64,000 bases of DNA from Actinomycetes bacterium. Its GTDB lineage: Bacteria > Actinomycetota > Acidimicrobiia > Acidimicrobiales > JAKAVM01. The notes below the pieces were generated by a model. The model ran no database searches and was not told where the DNA came from. It worked only from the letters and a program-made list of their open reading frames with translations. The position numbers and the translations under genes were made by a program. The stretch covers positions 5,230 through 69,229 of the forward strand of contig JAKAVM010000091.1 of assembly GCA_021827485.1 (NCBI GenBank). Direction: 5' to 3'. Below are positions 8,491 through 17,600 of this stretch, one piece after another (positions within the stretch are counted from its first letter, which is position 1; the number at the start of each line of letters is the position of its first letter).

Positions 8491-9615
8491 ATGAAGATAT
8501 TGGTTGACGGGCTAGAAAGGGGAAAGTGTTTGTGCAAGTCGGTAGCTTTGGGTTCGATGATAGCGTCGGGGGGCGGTGCGGCCCACCGGAGGTTGGGGAA
8601 ATATGGTAGGTGCCGACTCAATTTCACATTAGTCGTTCTAACATGTATCGGATTAGGACTAGCAAGTTGTGGGGGCGCCACAAGTGGGAATCCAACGACA
8701 ACGACTCTGCCTACGTTTCCAGGTAATTCGAACTCATATTATGTGAATCCAGCTGCAAACCTAACAGATCTACAGAATCTGGGTTGCTCGCAGGCTCAAC
8801 TTTCAAATGGTCTATCGAGTGTTGGTAACCAAAGGCAGATTATTCTTGACTTTGGTGATGAAGTTCCCGATCCATCTAGCTTGGACCAGTTTGGAGTAGC
8901 TCTCCCACCTTTCGGTTCTGTAATATGGCCAGATGAGCTGAGTAGCAACCCTGGTGCCATGACTGTTGAAAACGCATTCAATGCCTTTCTCATGGGGTGG
9001 GACGATTGTTCGAATATCAGCGGAGTGGATTTGGCAATTGGGATTGCAAGTGGTTCCCTCCAGTACTCCAGGCCTACTTTGGACAACACAGGAGGAAGCG
9101 TCTGGGGCGCCCTGGTGAATAATATCAAGAGCACATCAGCAGAGTTAGGAAGTTCTAATCGTGTGTTTGGAGCGATGGATATTGAGACTGGCTTTTATCC
9201 GTACTCTGATGTGCAGCCCTGGGTAAGTGGTTTTGAGTCTGGTGGCCCTGGTGCGGTTTACTGGGACTTCGGCGATGCTGGCGGTTGTCCGCCCACAGTC
9301 TCAGGTTCCAACCCGAACTATGTATGTGAAAGTGGTTGGACAGTCGGGGAAGTTTACAATGTCGCTCATGGTGACCCTGGATCAAGCGCAGTACCGGAAA
9401 TATATTACAGCGTAAACGCACAGCAATGGGAGTCGATAGGAGTTATTATGGGAACCCCAATCTCCTTTACCGCTGTTATGTCTGATTATACAGCATGTAC
9501 CACGGGTGGAAGAATTTGCCACCCTAATTTCAATACTCCGACGGAAGCATGGACTCAACTTCAAAGTGCTACTGGTATGAGCAATTTTGGATCTACCGAT
9601 ATGTCTTGGGAATAA
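8491..9615 (+). CDS. Hypothetical secreted lipoprotein
   Basis: Signal peptide with lipobox (LTCIGLGLASCGG) followed by a Thr-rich linker. The true start may be an internal Met (MIASGGG). No family was recognised. Confidence 0.6.
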   Translation: MKILVDGLERGKCLCKSVALGSMIASGGGAAHRRLGKYGRCRLNFTLVVLTCIGLGLASCGGATSGNPTTTTLPTFPGNSNSYYVNPAANLTDLQNLGCSQAQLSNGLSSVGNQRQIILDFGDEVPDPSSLDQFGVALPPFGSVIWPDELSSNPGAMTVENAFNAFLMGWDDCSNISGVDLAIGIASGSLQYSRPTLDNTGGSVWGALVNNIKSTSAELGSSNRVFGAMDIETGFYPYSDVQPWVSGFESGGPGAVYWDFGDAGGCPPTVSGSNPNYVCESGWTVGEVYNVAHGDPGSSAVPEIYYSVNAQQWESIGVIMGTPISFTAVMSDYTACTTGGRICHPNFNTPTEAWTQLQSATGMSNFGSTDMSWE

Positions 9616-9667
9616 CGAATTGACAGATGAAATCAATGTACCCGATTGAGCGAATGGAGAACGATAA

Positions 9668-10462
9668 ATGTCCAATCTATATAAGGTGACACAACGGCGA
9701 TTCATCGTGGGAGGAGTATTTCTCGCTGTTGCCATTGTAATTTCTGTTGCTGTAGTTGTATCTTCAAGTTCCAATAAGTCGACGCAATTTTATTTGAACT
9801 CAGGGAAAAGCAAGCACGTAGTGGCGCAGCTCTTGCCCCCTGGATGTGACCGTGTGCCCAAAGCTGCTCAAGCCGAGTGCTATAGCTTGTCAACTGGGGT
9901 AACGAACTTGCCTGCCCCAACTAACCTTCCCCCAGGCTTTACCTCTAAGGAAAAATCTCCAAGCTGGCAAGGTGCTACTGATATTACAGCCCCTCTCCAC
10001 GATGTAATTCAGAAATTCACTGGAAAGCCATACCAGGGGGTATACGAGCAAATCGGCCCAGGTGGCATGGCTATTGTACAGAACCGAGCGCCACAAGTTT
10101 GTGCAGCTCCAATTTACTGCAACGGAACTACCTTTGTTGATGGAGTTCCGAACTCGTTTATTCTTACAGGATCATGGACTACAGTTATTGGTAGTGAGTC
10201 CTACCAGGTATTTGGAGGAGTAGTGACTACTGAACCAAACCAGGGTGTTGTCATTGAAATAGAGGCACCTAGCACGCCGCCCAAGGTCGGCAATCCATCC
10301 AGCTATCCCGGTACAATGGTGTGGGTACGGACTACTTCAAAAACAGATGGTACTCTATCTGTTATATCGGGTTCCGATTCTGCCGGTACGGTTGCGCTAC
10401 AAGCAAGCGATGGGGCCAATTACAGCTACAACTTCCTCACTCAAACCCTAAGCGCCAACTAA
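9668..10462 (+). CDS. Hypothetical membrane-anchored extracytoplasmic protein
   Basis: 264-aa ORF with an N-terminal TM segment (FIVGGVFLAVAIVISVAVVV). No recognised motif. Confidence 0.55.
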   Translation: MSNLYKVTQRRFIVGGVFLAVAIVISVAVVVSSSSNKSTQFYLNSGKSKHVVAQLLPPGCDRVPKAAQAECYSLSTGVTNLPAPTNLPPGFTSKEKSPSWQGATDITAPLHDVIQKFTGKPYQGVYEQIGPGGMAIVQNRAPQVCAAPIYCNGTTFVDGVPNSFILTGSWTTVIGSESYQVFGGVVTTEPNQGVVIEIEAPSTPPKVGNPSSYPGTMVWVRTTSKTDGTLSVISGSDSAGTVALQASDGANYSYNFLTQTLSAN

Positions 10463-10507
10463 GCGGTAATTGTAAGTCCTAATTCCTTATTGCACTGGCC
10501 GGAGGGG

Positions 10508-11080
10508 TTAGGCTGCATTTAGCAGGCCAAGAGCAACGCTTGGCCGAAGTTGTGGGCCGGAATCGGTAATTGATACGATTCTGACTGAACCAGTCTTGGC
10601 TGGGTGCGCATCAATGCGCACGGAATGCTCGATTGACTTCAACGGATCGTTCTCCGATAGGCGAGAGCTTAGTCGAAAATTGAACTTGTCAGGTAAGGAC
10701 TTGCAAAGGGGATCTATCTCCTCCTTGACAGAGTAATCAACCAAGGTTTTGTCAGCTGAGCTAAGTATCCAGGCATTGAAGGTATAGCGATACTGGGTAA
10801 GCGCAATTCCGTTTTCGGTAATTTGGTTTGGAAATCGGCCAAGAAGTTTCCACGCACCAATCGACTTGCGACCCGAATCTGTAAGTGGTTGGAGTTCCGA
10901 AGTTCTTGAGACCCACTTAGTCGCTGTTATTCTGCAACCGCCTGAAAGGACCGACGGCTTGTCAGTCTCCCAACCAAGGAATTGAAGGAGTTCTACAATC
11001 CTAGCAGCAGTTTCATCACTAGAAATGAGGCAAGTTACTTTATGCTGGCTGCTTGTCTTGTCCCATCCTATCTCTGACAT
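10508..11080 (-). CDS. Hypothetical cytoplasmic protein
   Basis: 190-aa ORF preceded by a strong SD (AAGGAGAAAAATAG then ATG on the minus strand). No recognised motif. Confidence 0.6.
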   Translation of the reverse strand: MSEIGWDKTSSQHKVTCLISSDETAARIVELLQFLGWETDKPSVLSGGCRITATKWVSRTSELQPLTDSGRKSIGAWKLLGRFPNQITENGIALTQYRYTFNAWILSSADKTLVDYSVKEEIDPLCKSLPDKFNFRLSSRLSENDPLKSIEHSVRIDAHPAKTGSVRIVSITDSGPQLRPSVALGLLNAA

Positions 11081-11266
11081 CTATTTTTCTCCTTGGGTAA
11101 AAGCTGGCGCTTTATAGACCTCCTTTATATCATCGGACTAGGCATCTTGTTGTTTGAACAACGCATAAACAACGCTCAATGGGTAACGAACAACTTTAGT
11201 TTGCTGATATAGTGCCGTATGCTTTTCTGTTCCAGTGCGGCCGAAAAATATGTCGGATTTCAATTG

Positions 11267-11364
11267 GTGAGCCCCGCCAAGTGAGCCCCGCCAAGTGAGC
11301 CCCGCCAAGTGAGCCCCGCCAAGTGAGCCCCGCCAAGTGAGCCCCGCCAAGTGAGCCCTGCAAG
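11267..11364 (+). repeat. 14-nt tandem repeat GTGAGCCCCGCCAA, six perfect units plus one degenerate unit, abutting the pit start
   Basis: Units lie at 11267, 11281, 11295, 11309, 11323 and 11337, with a degenerate unit at 11351 (GTGAGCCCTGCAAG). The period is not a multiple of 3. Confidence 0.97.
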
Positions 11365-11374
11365 TTATTTTGCC

Positions 11375-12367
11375 ATGGCTGTGGCGATTGGGTTTGCATT
11401 TATGCTTGGGGTATCTGATGCTCCCAACGCAAGCGCATCGCTTATTGCTTCGCGTTGCGCTTCATACCGTTCATCAATGGCGTTTTCCTTTGCAGCACAC
11501 GTATGTGGAGGTCTGATTGCAGGTCAAGCAGTAGCGGCCACGATGTCAAGTTTAGAGCACGTTTCCAATCGACAGCTTCCTGGTACCTATATCGCAGGAG
11601 GACTTGTTAGTCTTGGATTTACCTTAATCGCCACTCGTAAGGCGATTCCTGTTAGCGCAAGTATTGGATTAGTAGGCGGGCTTGCCGGGGCAGCTATTGC
11701 TAGCGGGGGGTGGCACAGTGTTGGGTGGGGAGGAATGCATGGGGTGAGGCCCTACGGGGTACTAGGCACACTACTTGCTATTGGCATATCACCGATTGTA
11801 GGTGGACTTGTAGCCGCTGGCCTGCGGCGCTTTCTCGGTCGCACTCTACGTAAAGCTGGCCGAGAGACCCTCCGTCCAGTGCGAGTGGCTATTTGGATTA
11901 CGGCAGGTCTAGTTGGACTAGCCGACGGGTCCAATGATGGCCAAAAAGCTATGGGTTTGATGACAGCACTGCTTGTAGCTGCACACTCCATTCCAAGTTT
12001 TGCTGTTCCATTCTGGACACGGCTTGTCGTGGCGGTTGTACTTGCGTTGGGGACAGCATCTGGTGGACGCAAGATAATACAGACGGTTTCATCACGTTTT
12101 TATAGAGGTGGGCCACTTGATGGACTGGCTGCACAGGGCGCCGCAGCAGTTTCAATCTTGGGTTCGGCTTGGTTAGGCGCTCCAGTTAGTACCTCAACTG
12201 TAGTTGCCTCGGGAATGATTGGCGTAGGTGCTTCACGTAGATACCGTCATGTACATTGGCCAACCGTGAGAACAGTAGTATCGGCTTGGGTCATTACGTT
12301 ACCAGTCTGTGCAGTCCTTGGTGCAGGCGCAGTAGAAATATTCAAGATGATAGGAGTATTCCAGTGA
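11375..12367 (+). CDS. Inorganic phosphate transporter, PiT family
   Basis: MAVAIGFAFMLGVSDAPNASA and a second GSNDGQKAMG motif (the paired PiT signature G.NDA.N / NDGQK). Multiple TM segments. The start is set at ATG 11375; the track start 11351 is a GTG inside the repeat. Confidence 0.85.
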   Translation: MAVAIGFAFMLGVSDAPNASASLIASRCASYRSSMAFSFAAHVCGGLIAGQAVAATMSSLEHVSNRQLPGTYIAGGLVSLGFTLIATRKAIPVSASIGLVGGLAGAAIASGGWHSVGWGGMHGVRPYGVLGTLLAIGISPIVGGLVAAGLRRFLGRTLRKAGRETLRPVRVAIWITAGLVGLADGSNDGQKAMGLMTALLVAAHSIPSFAVPFWTRLVVAVVLALGTASGGRKIIQTVSSRFYRGGPLDGLAAQGAAAVSILGSAWLGAPVSTSTVVASGMIGVGASRRYRHVHWPTVRTVVSAWVITLPVCAVLGAGAVEIFKMIGVFQ

Positions 12368-13020
12368 TAGAAAATGCTGACTTGCAAAAGCGTCATTTGT
12401 GGAGAGGCCATCTATTCAAGCACCTATTCCCGGCTTTACCTAATGTTATATCGCTTCTCGTTACTCAAGGAGAGATAACGATGACCGCTCTGGAAGCTTT
12501 TCGAGTTTGGTCCCATGGAGCAGATACTAAGTCAGCCGATGAGTTACGTGAGGCCTACCACAATGCCTATAAGGCGCGTCGTGAACTCTTGAGTGCGCTA
12601 CAAACAGCACTTTCTACACCAGTAGATCAAGAGGATATTTACATCCTTTCCGAGCGTGTTGACCATATATTGGTAGAAGCGAAGAATCTGGTTAGAGAAG
12701 CAGAAGTCCTTGGCTGGAAACCTGATTCATTTGCATCATCAATGGCGGATCGCCTAGCAAGCGGAACCAAGGACGTCGTGGAGGGTTTGAAAGGGCTTGG
12801 CAAATCGGGTAAAGATGCTGGCATCCAGGCAGATGCTGCGAGCGAGGCAGTGCACCACGTTGAAAGAGATTACCGCGAGGCAATGGCAGGACTTGTCACC
12901 AGGGAAGATATACGGCAAGTAATTGCCTCCCAGGACCTCTATCGACGCTACCTTAGCGTTTCCGAAGCGATTATGTCGGTTGTAGACCGTTTATGGTATG
13001 CGGTCCTACGGGGTGCTTGA
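12364..13020 (+). CDS. DUF47-family (PhoU-like) phosphate-transport accessory protein
   Basis: Helical protein of about 218 aa, the type usually adjacent to PiT genes. The GTG start overlaps the pit stop (GTGA at 12364-12367). The track's upstream extension to 12256 lies inside pit. Confidence 0.65.
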   Translation: MIENADLQKRHLWRGHLFKHLFPALPNVISLLVTQGEITMTALEAFRVWSHGADTKSADELREAYHNAYKARRELLSALQTALSTPVDQEDIYILSERVDHILVEAKNLVREAEVLGWKPDSFASSMADRLASGTKDVVEGLKGLGKSGKDAGIQADAASEAVHHVERDYREAMAGLVTREDIRQVIASQDLYRRYLSVSEAIMSVVDRLWYAVLRGA

Positions 13021-13040
13021 GCGGATTGTTGCGCTCAAGT

Positions 13041-13166
13041 CTAGGGTGTGGTCAGTGCAGCCCTCGCAAGTGCATTTACGTGATAGCGTTCCGTTATTTC
13101 AGTAACGGCGTATCTGATCACGATGAGCAGTGCTTCAACTATCAAGGCCTGAACTAAAATCTCCAT
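13041..13166 (-). CDS. Candidate small protein (41 aa) with a hydrophobic N-terminal half
   Basis: The minus strand reads CAAGGAGAAAGTA then ATG, a strong SD at ideal spacing. The product is MEILVQALIVEALLIVIRYAVTEITERYHVNALARAALTTP. It is below the ORF-track cutoff and lies about 95 nt downstream of the ATPase stop on the same strand. Confidence 0.35.
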   Translation of the reverse strand: MEILVQALIVEALLIVIRYAVTEITERYHVNALARAALTTP

Positions 13167-13261
13167 TACTTTCTCCTTGTATTTGAACTCCGCTTAGTAA
13201 CAAGATTAATGCTTCGGATTTAACGCAAGGTAAAATTCAGGTATATGGAAAGTAAATTGTT

Positions 13262-16200
13262 CTATTTATCGACCACCCAAGAAGCGATTATCGACCCTCC
13301 GGTAGCTGCGGCAGACGCGCCAGATGCAATTGTCCATCCTATCGGTCCAAGAGGTGTACATCCAAAGAATTGGCTTACACCTGGAGTTTGAATAATCGCA
13401 ATAAGAGTAGCAGCAGAGATAACAGTTGACCCTAAGACAAGGGGGCTTCGTGCTCCAATGGCAGCAGTCTGACCCAGCTGGGAGCCAACGAGTGCGGCGA
13501 GGGCGATTGTGCTGGCTCTCTTACCCCTGCCGGTAGAACGAGCGATGGTCCAAGCCCCTGTGGCACCAGCACCTGTGGCAAGCGCACGAATTGCAATCTG
13601 AGTTATCAACGCTCCACCTAGTGAAGCATCTGGCCCTTCGTGAAGGAGTTGTAAAGGGGTCTTCTTGGCCGGTGGCCGCAGAGTAATTGTCATTGCGGGC
13701 AGCATGTCGGTCAACAAATTTACAAGAAGTAACTGGCGAGTGTCCAGGGGAGAGCGACCGCTAAGTGCGGTAGCACAAATTGTAAAACCAACCTCTCCCA
13801 GATTTCCCCCAACTAAAATTGCTAGCGCATCTCTTACCGATGCCCACATTGCCCGCCCTTCCACAATGGCATCAATAATTGTCTCAATGCGATCGTCGGT
13901 TACTACCACGTCGGCAGCCTCGATCGCCGACTGTGAACCTCTCTGACCGAGAGCTATTCCGACATGGGCAAGTCGAATTGCGCCAGCATCATTAGCTCCA
14001 TCACCAGTCATGGCAACAGTACGACCTAATCGTTGGTAAGCTCTAACGATTCTAACCTTATGGGCGGGAGTGACCCGAGCAAAGACAGAGGAGATCGGAA
14101 AATTAGCGTCAAGTTCATCGTCGTCCATTAGATCTAGATTTGGTCCGGTCATGACTCCTTTACCATTTACAATTCCCAGTTCTGATGCAATTGCTTCAGC
14201 AGTACTGGCATGGTCGCCGGTAATCATCACTACTTCCACACCTGCAATTCGCAGATTTCTAACAGCTTGGGCTGCTTCAGGGCGAACTGGGTCAGCTAGG
14301 CACAAGAATCCAACAAACTCCATCTTTGTGATATTTTCCTCGTCGAAAGCCGACTGAGATGATTCGCGAAGTTGTGCTACTGCTAAGACTCTAAGTCCCT
14401 GGCGCGCAAAGCGCTCTACTTGAGCTTCAAGGCCCTTTCGCTTTCGCGAGTCAAGTACCTGTATACCAGAGTGTGTGCGCCAAGTAGAGCATCGCGGAAG
14501 TACCACCTCTGGGGCTCCCTTGACTGCTATTAGGTGACCTGAGCGTATCTTGCCCCAAACACAATGATAGCCTCGAACCGGTTCGAACGGCAGTTCCCCG
14601 AGTGGTTTCCAGCTTCCAACTCCTTCGTTCGGGCTAACTCCGGCTAGCCCAGCCCCTTCTATCACGGAACGATCTGTAGCATGCAGTAGCTGTTCATCCC
14701 CGTTTGGTTTCGGAGTTGCTCTAAGTGCTCCCGCTAAGACCGATCGGCACAGTGGCGAAAGTGTATTGATTGATTCATCATTTGTACCGTCGGAAACTTT
14801 TTGAATAGAAATCTCACCAGCCGTTAGAGTGCCAGTCTTATCAAAACATAGAACATCAACTCGGCCAAGTGCTTCAATTGTTCGCGGATTACGCACTAGT
14901 GCTTGGCGTTGAGAGAGACGCCGAGCGGCTCCTAGCTGGGCAATGGTTGCCAAGAGAGGAAGTCCTTCAGGCACGGCTGCAACCATTAACGAAACCCCAG
15001 AACTAACCGCTGTTCTAAGTGAGCGACCATGGAGAAGGCTTATCCCGGTCACAGCTGCCCCACTTGCGATGGTTGCCGGTACGGTAATTGCGGTCAAACT
15101 TCGCAGTCGTTCTTCGACGCCACTAGCTGGGGGCTCGGGTGCCCCGTTTAGAGCCTGTCCTGCCTGGGTCTCATTTCCCGTGGCTACCACTACTGCAAGT
15201 GCAGTTCCATTTACTAACGTTGTACCTTCAAAAACCATACACGATCGATCACCAACTGTCGCACCGGGAGTGATAGCCGACTGTTTTGTTACTGGCAATG
15301 ACTCACCTGTAAGAGAGGACTCATCGACTTCGCATGCCAGTGATTCAAGGATTCGACAGTCTGCTGGCACGACATCACCCGCGCTAAGTTCCACTATGTC
15401 ACCTCTAACTAGACGCGAAGACTCAAGTTTTATGGTCTCGCCTGAACGCCTGACTCCAACTAAGGAGCCACTCACTCTAGCTAGCCTTTCCAAGGACAGT
15501 TCAGTTCTTAGTCGTTGAAAGCCACCGACCAACGCATTGGTTGCAACTACTCCACCAACAAGCACAGCATCAGTCATTGACCCAACTGCGGCTGAGAGGC
15601 CAACACCAAGTCCGAGCACTGGAGTGAGAGGATTGGCAAGTTCACCAAGTACAGCATGGCCAAATCTTGATGAGTTAGACCTACGCTCGTGAGATGGGTC
15701 GGGCAGTTCTCTCTTGGTTGCCTCCTGCTCGTCAAGTCCATTCACACAAGTTGTAAGTGCTTCGATGACTTGGCTGGTTTCCATCTCGTGCCAGGCAACG
15801 TCGGAGGGAGGTACAGGTGCACGCTTGCGACCCAAGTTCAACGCTGATACCGTTCCAAGTCCTTGCGCTAATAGAGCAGAGCTATTGACTGCAAGCGAAG
15901 TTCGACGTGACGCTCTTGTTGAAGGACCAACTATAGACCATACACCACCTATTGCAGAACCGGCTGCTGAGATTGCAATTCCAGATCGGCTAAGTTGGCG
16001 CGCTGATTCAGTCGCTTCAATGACGAACCAAATGTCGTCTAGTCCAGGGCCACAAATCAAATCTGCCCCCCAGGGTACGCAAGGGCCGTGAGCAAAATTG
16101 GCGACCGCCAAATCCGCTGCCCGCATCCCTGCGTGATCTCGGCTGTTAGCTATGAGTAGTACAACTCTTCCTTCCTGTTGAAGCTCTCGAATCGAATGAG

Positions 16201-17383
16201 CTAGGTGAGTTCCGCCGGGGACGATCCTTTGTGGATCAAGCCGCTTGGCAATTGAACTCTTGCTACCAGCAACTACAAAAAGGTGGTTAGTTGCGTGTAT
16301 TTTCGCCGCCAAGACGTCAGCGAGGGGATCAAGTACACCACCTCGTGTACGACCTATACGCATCGCATCAGGATCGATAAGAACTGTATCAATCCGGTCA
16401 AGAAGGCGGAGTGCTCGGGGGTCCATCACCAAGATTCCTCTATCGGCCATTTCTCGACCAACTTGGGCAGCAAACGCTTCACGACCGAGGCGCGCCGCTT
16501 TAGGGAGTCCAGCGCTAAAGGCATTGAAAGCGCGTCTTGGATCTTTGGTAGTTGCTAATGTGATCCCGAACGCTCCTATCCCACCGAGTTGAGCACGATC
16601 TGAGTACTTTTCAATTGGCCCCGCCGGAAGAGCACATGGTCTCGGCTCATGGACCAATGCGTCTAAGGCGATCAAAGCACGGTTGCCAGATAAAGATGGT
16701 TCGCGACTCTCCCATAAGCGTCGCCGAGCCTGAATTTCTCCGATCTGCGAAGCTCGATTGAACGCGTCTACCATCAGATTCAGTGGGCCTTCTGTGATGG
16801 CGTGGACCGCCGCCGAAGTTAGTCCTATGCTTAGATCGGTTGCTTGGCGGCCGAGGCGCTTTTCGAGAGATCCACGAATTCGACGTTCATTGTCGATAAA
16901 GCTAACCAAGGATCCGAGTTCTCCAGGAATCGGAGGTATGCGAAGCAAAAGACCAGAAAAAGCAACTCCGATCCCCAGTATGTCTCCGCCGAGTGCAATC
17001 GCGTTGAGAGTTATAGGTTCGCTATCGGATGGAAGTTCCGGCCTGGTATGGGGAAATCTGTCATCATGGACGTCATGTAACTCTTCAACGCCCTCAATAA
17101 TCTCAAGGACTTGATCTAAACCAGGGCCATCATCTTCAAAAGAGATAACCACTCGGCCAATGACGCCATTTACTTGGGCCCATTGGATGCCTTCAACTGA
17201 TTCGAGTGCTTTTTGTAGCTGGCGCGCAAGATGGTCTGAATCAGGACGGTGCATGCCTCGAACTTCAATGTGGGCCCTGCCGTTGCCCTTCCAGAGCCGT
17301 CGATGACGACGACCTTTACCGGAAATAGTTTCACCCAATGCTCTAAGTGGAGGGTTGAGATTAGGGAAAGCCAGCGTACTCAC
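13262..17383 (-). CDS. Large cation-transporting P-type ATPase (P2-like, CtpH/CtpI-like) with an N-terminal extension of about 560 aa
   Basis: Has the phosphorylation motif CFDKTGTLT, the M4 motif AAVPEGLP, the hinge MTGDGANDAGA and the M6 motif NLLTDMLPA. At 1373 aa it carries a long N-terminal region preceding the actuator domain. Confidence 0.85.
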   Translation of the reverse strand: MSTLAFPNLNPPLRALGETISGKGRRHRRLWKGNGRAHIEVRGMHRPDSDHLARQLQKALESVEGIQWAQVNGVIGRVVISFEDDGPGLDQVLEIIEGVEELHDVHDDRFPHTRPELPSDSEPITLNAIALGGDILGIGVAFSGLLLRIPPIPGELGSLVSFIDNERRIRGSLEKRLGRQATDLSIGLTSAAVHAITEGPLNLMVDAFNRASQIGEIQARRRLWESREPSLSGNRALIALDALVHEPRPCALPAGPIEKYSDRAQLGGIGAFGITLATTKDPRRAFNAFSAGLPKAARLGREAFAAQVGREMADRGILVMDPRALRLLDRIDTVLIDPDAMRIGRTRGGVLDPLADVLAAKIHATNHLFVVAGSKSSIAKRLDPQRIVPGGTHLAHSIRELQQEGRVVLLIANSRDHAGMRAADLAVANFAHGPCVPWGADLICGPGLDDIWFVIEATESARQLSRSGIAISAAGSAIGGVWSIVGPSTRASRRTSLAVNSSALLAQGLGTVSALNLGRKRAPVPPSDVAWHEMETSQVIEALTTCVNGLDEQEATKRELPDPSHERRSNSSRFGHAVLGELANPLTPVLGLGVGLSAAVGSMTDAVLVGGVVATNALVGGFQRLRTELSLERLARVSGSLVGVRRSGETIKLESSRLVRGDIVELSAGDVVPADCRILESLACEVDESSLTGESLPVTKQSAITPGATVGDRSCMVFEGTTLVNGTALAVVVATGNETQAGQALNGAPEPPASGVEERLRSLTAITVPATIASGAAVTGISLLHGRSLRTAVSSGVSLMVAAVPEGLPLLATIAQLGAARRLSQRQALVRNPRTIEALGRVDVLCFDKTGTLTAGEISIQKVSDGTNDESINTLSPLCRSVLAGALRATPKPNGDEQLLHATDRSVIEGAGLAGVSPNEGVGSWKPLGELPFEPVRGYHCVWGKIRSGHLIAVKGAPEVVLPRCSTWRTHSGIQVLDSRKRKGLEAQVERFARQGLRVLAVAQLRESSQSAFDEENITKMEFVGFLCLADPVRPEAAQAVRNLRIAGVEVVMITGDHASTAEAIASELGIVNGKGVMTGPNLDLMDDDELDANFPISSVFARVTPAHKVRIVRAYQRLGRTVAMTGDGANDAGAIRLAHVGIALGQRGSQSAIEAADVVVTDDRIETIIDAIVEGRAMWASVRDALAILVGGNLGEVGFTICATALSGRSPLDTRQLLLVNLLTDMLPAMTITLRPPAKKTPLQLLHEGPDASLGGALITQIAIRALATGAGATGAWTIARSTGRGKRASTIALAALVGSQLGQTAAIGARSPLVLGSTVISAATLIAIIQTPGVSQFFGCTPLGPIGWTIASGASAAATGGSIIASWVVDK

Positions 17384-17534
17384 TCTAAGGCATCTTCGGG
17401 GAGATGTTTTATTGATGGAAGCACCTTTTGAAGTCTATTTGCTAATGATGAAGTTGTCCATCAGCTTTGTTAACGCGTTTTGTTCATACTCTATTCACAT
17501 GAGCTTACCATGGAGATACCTATTCATTTGACCG

Positions 17535-17588
17535 GTCCACTCGATCCACTCGGTCCACTCGGTCCACTCGATCCACTCGATCCACTCA
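17535..17588. repeat. 9-nt tandem repeat (G/A)TCCACTCG x6 in the intergenic region upstream of the P-type ATPase
   Basis: Units lie at 17535, 17544, 17553, 17562, 17571 and 17580. The region sits between the MFS stop (17601) and the ATPase start (17383), both on the minus strand. Confidence 0.95.
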
Positions 17589-17600
17589 TTCTTGCTGAAG

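Noticed and set aside
11267-11364. Possible CRISPR array
   Set aside because: The units are directly adjacent with no spacers and are only 14 nt long. No cas genes are present in the window.
11138-11399. Two minus-strand ORFs (70 and 67 aa) with GLTWRGSLGGAH repeats
   Set aside because: Their periodic sequence is just the translation of the 14-nt repeat (3 x 14 nt = 14 aa). There is no independent coding evidence.
12256-12363. Upstream extension of the DUF47 ORF
   Set aside because: It lies wholly within the PiT coding sequence in another frame. GTG 12364, overlapping the pit stop, gives a protein of the expected length.
13665-17431. Numerous plus-strand ORFs (13665-13946, 14070-14357, 14943-15518, 15714-16091, 16245-16592, 16283-16558, 16758-17114, 16844-17080, 17249-17431)
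   Set aside because: They are antisense to the 1373-aa P-type ATPase, which has all diagnostic motifs. Their compositions are typical of shadow frames.
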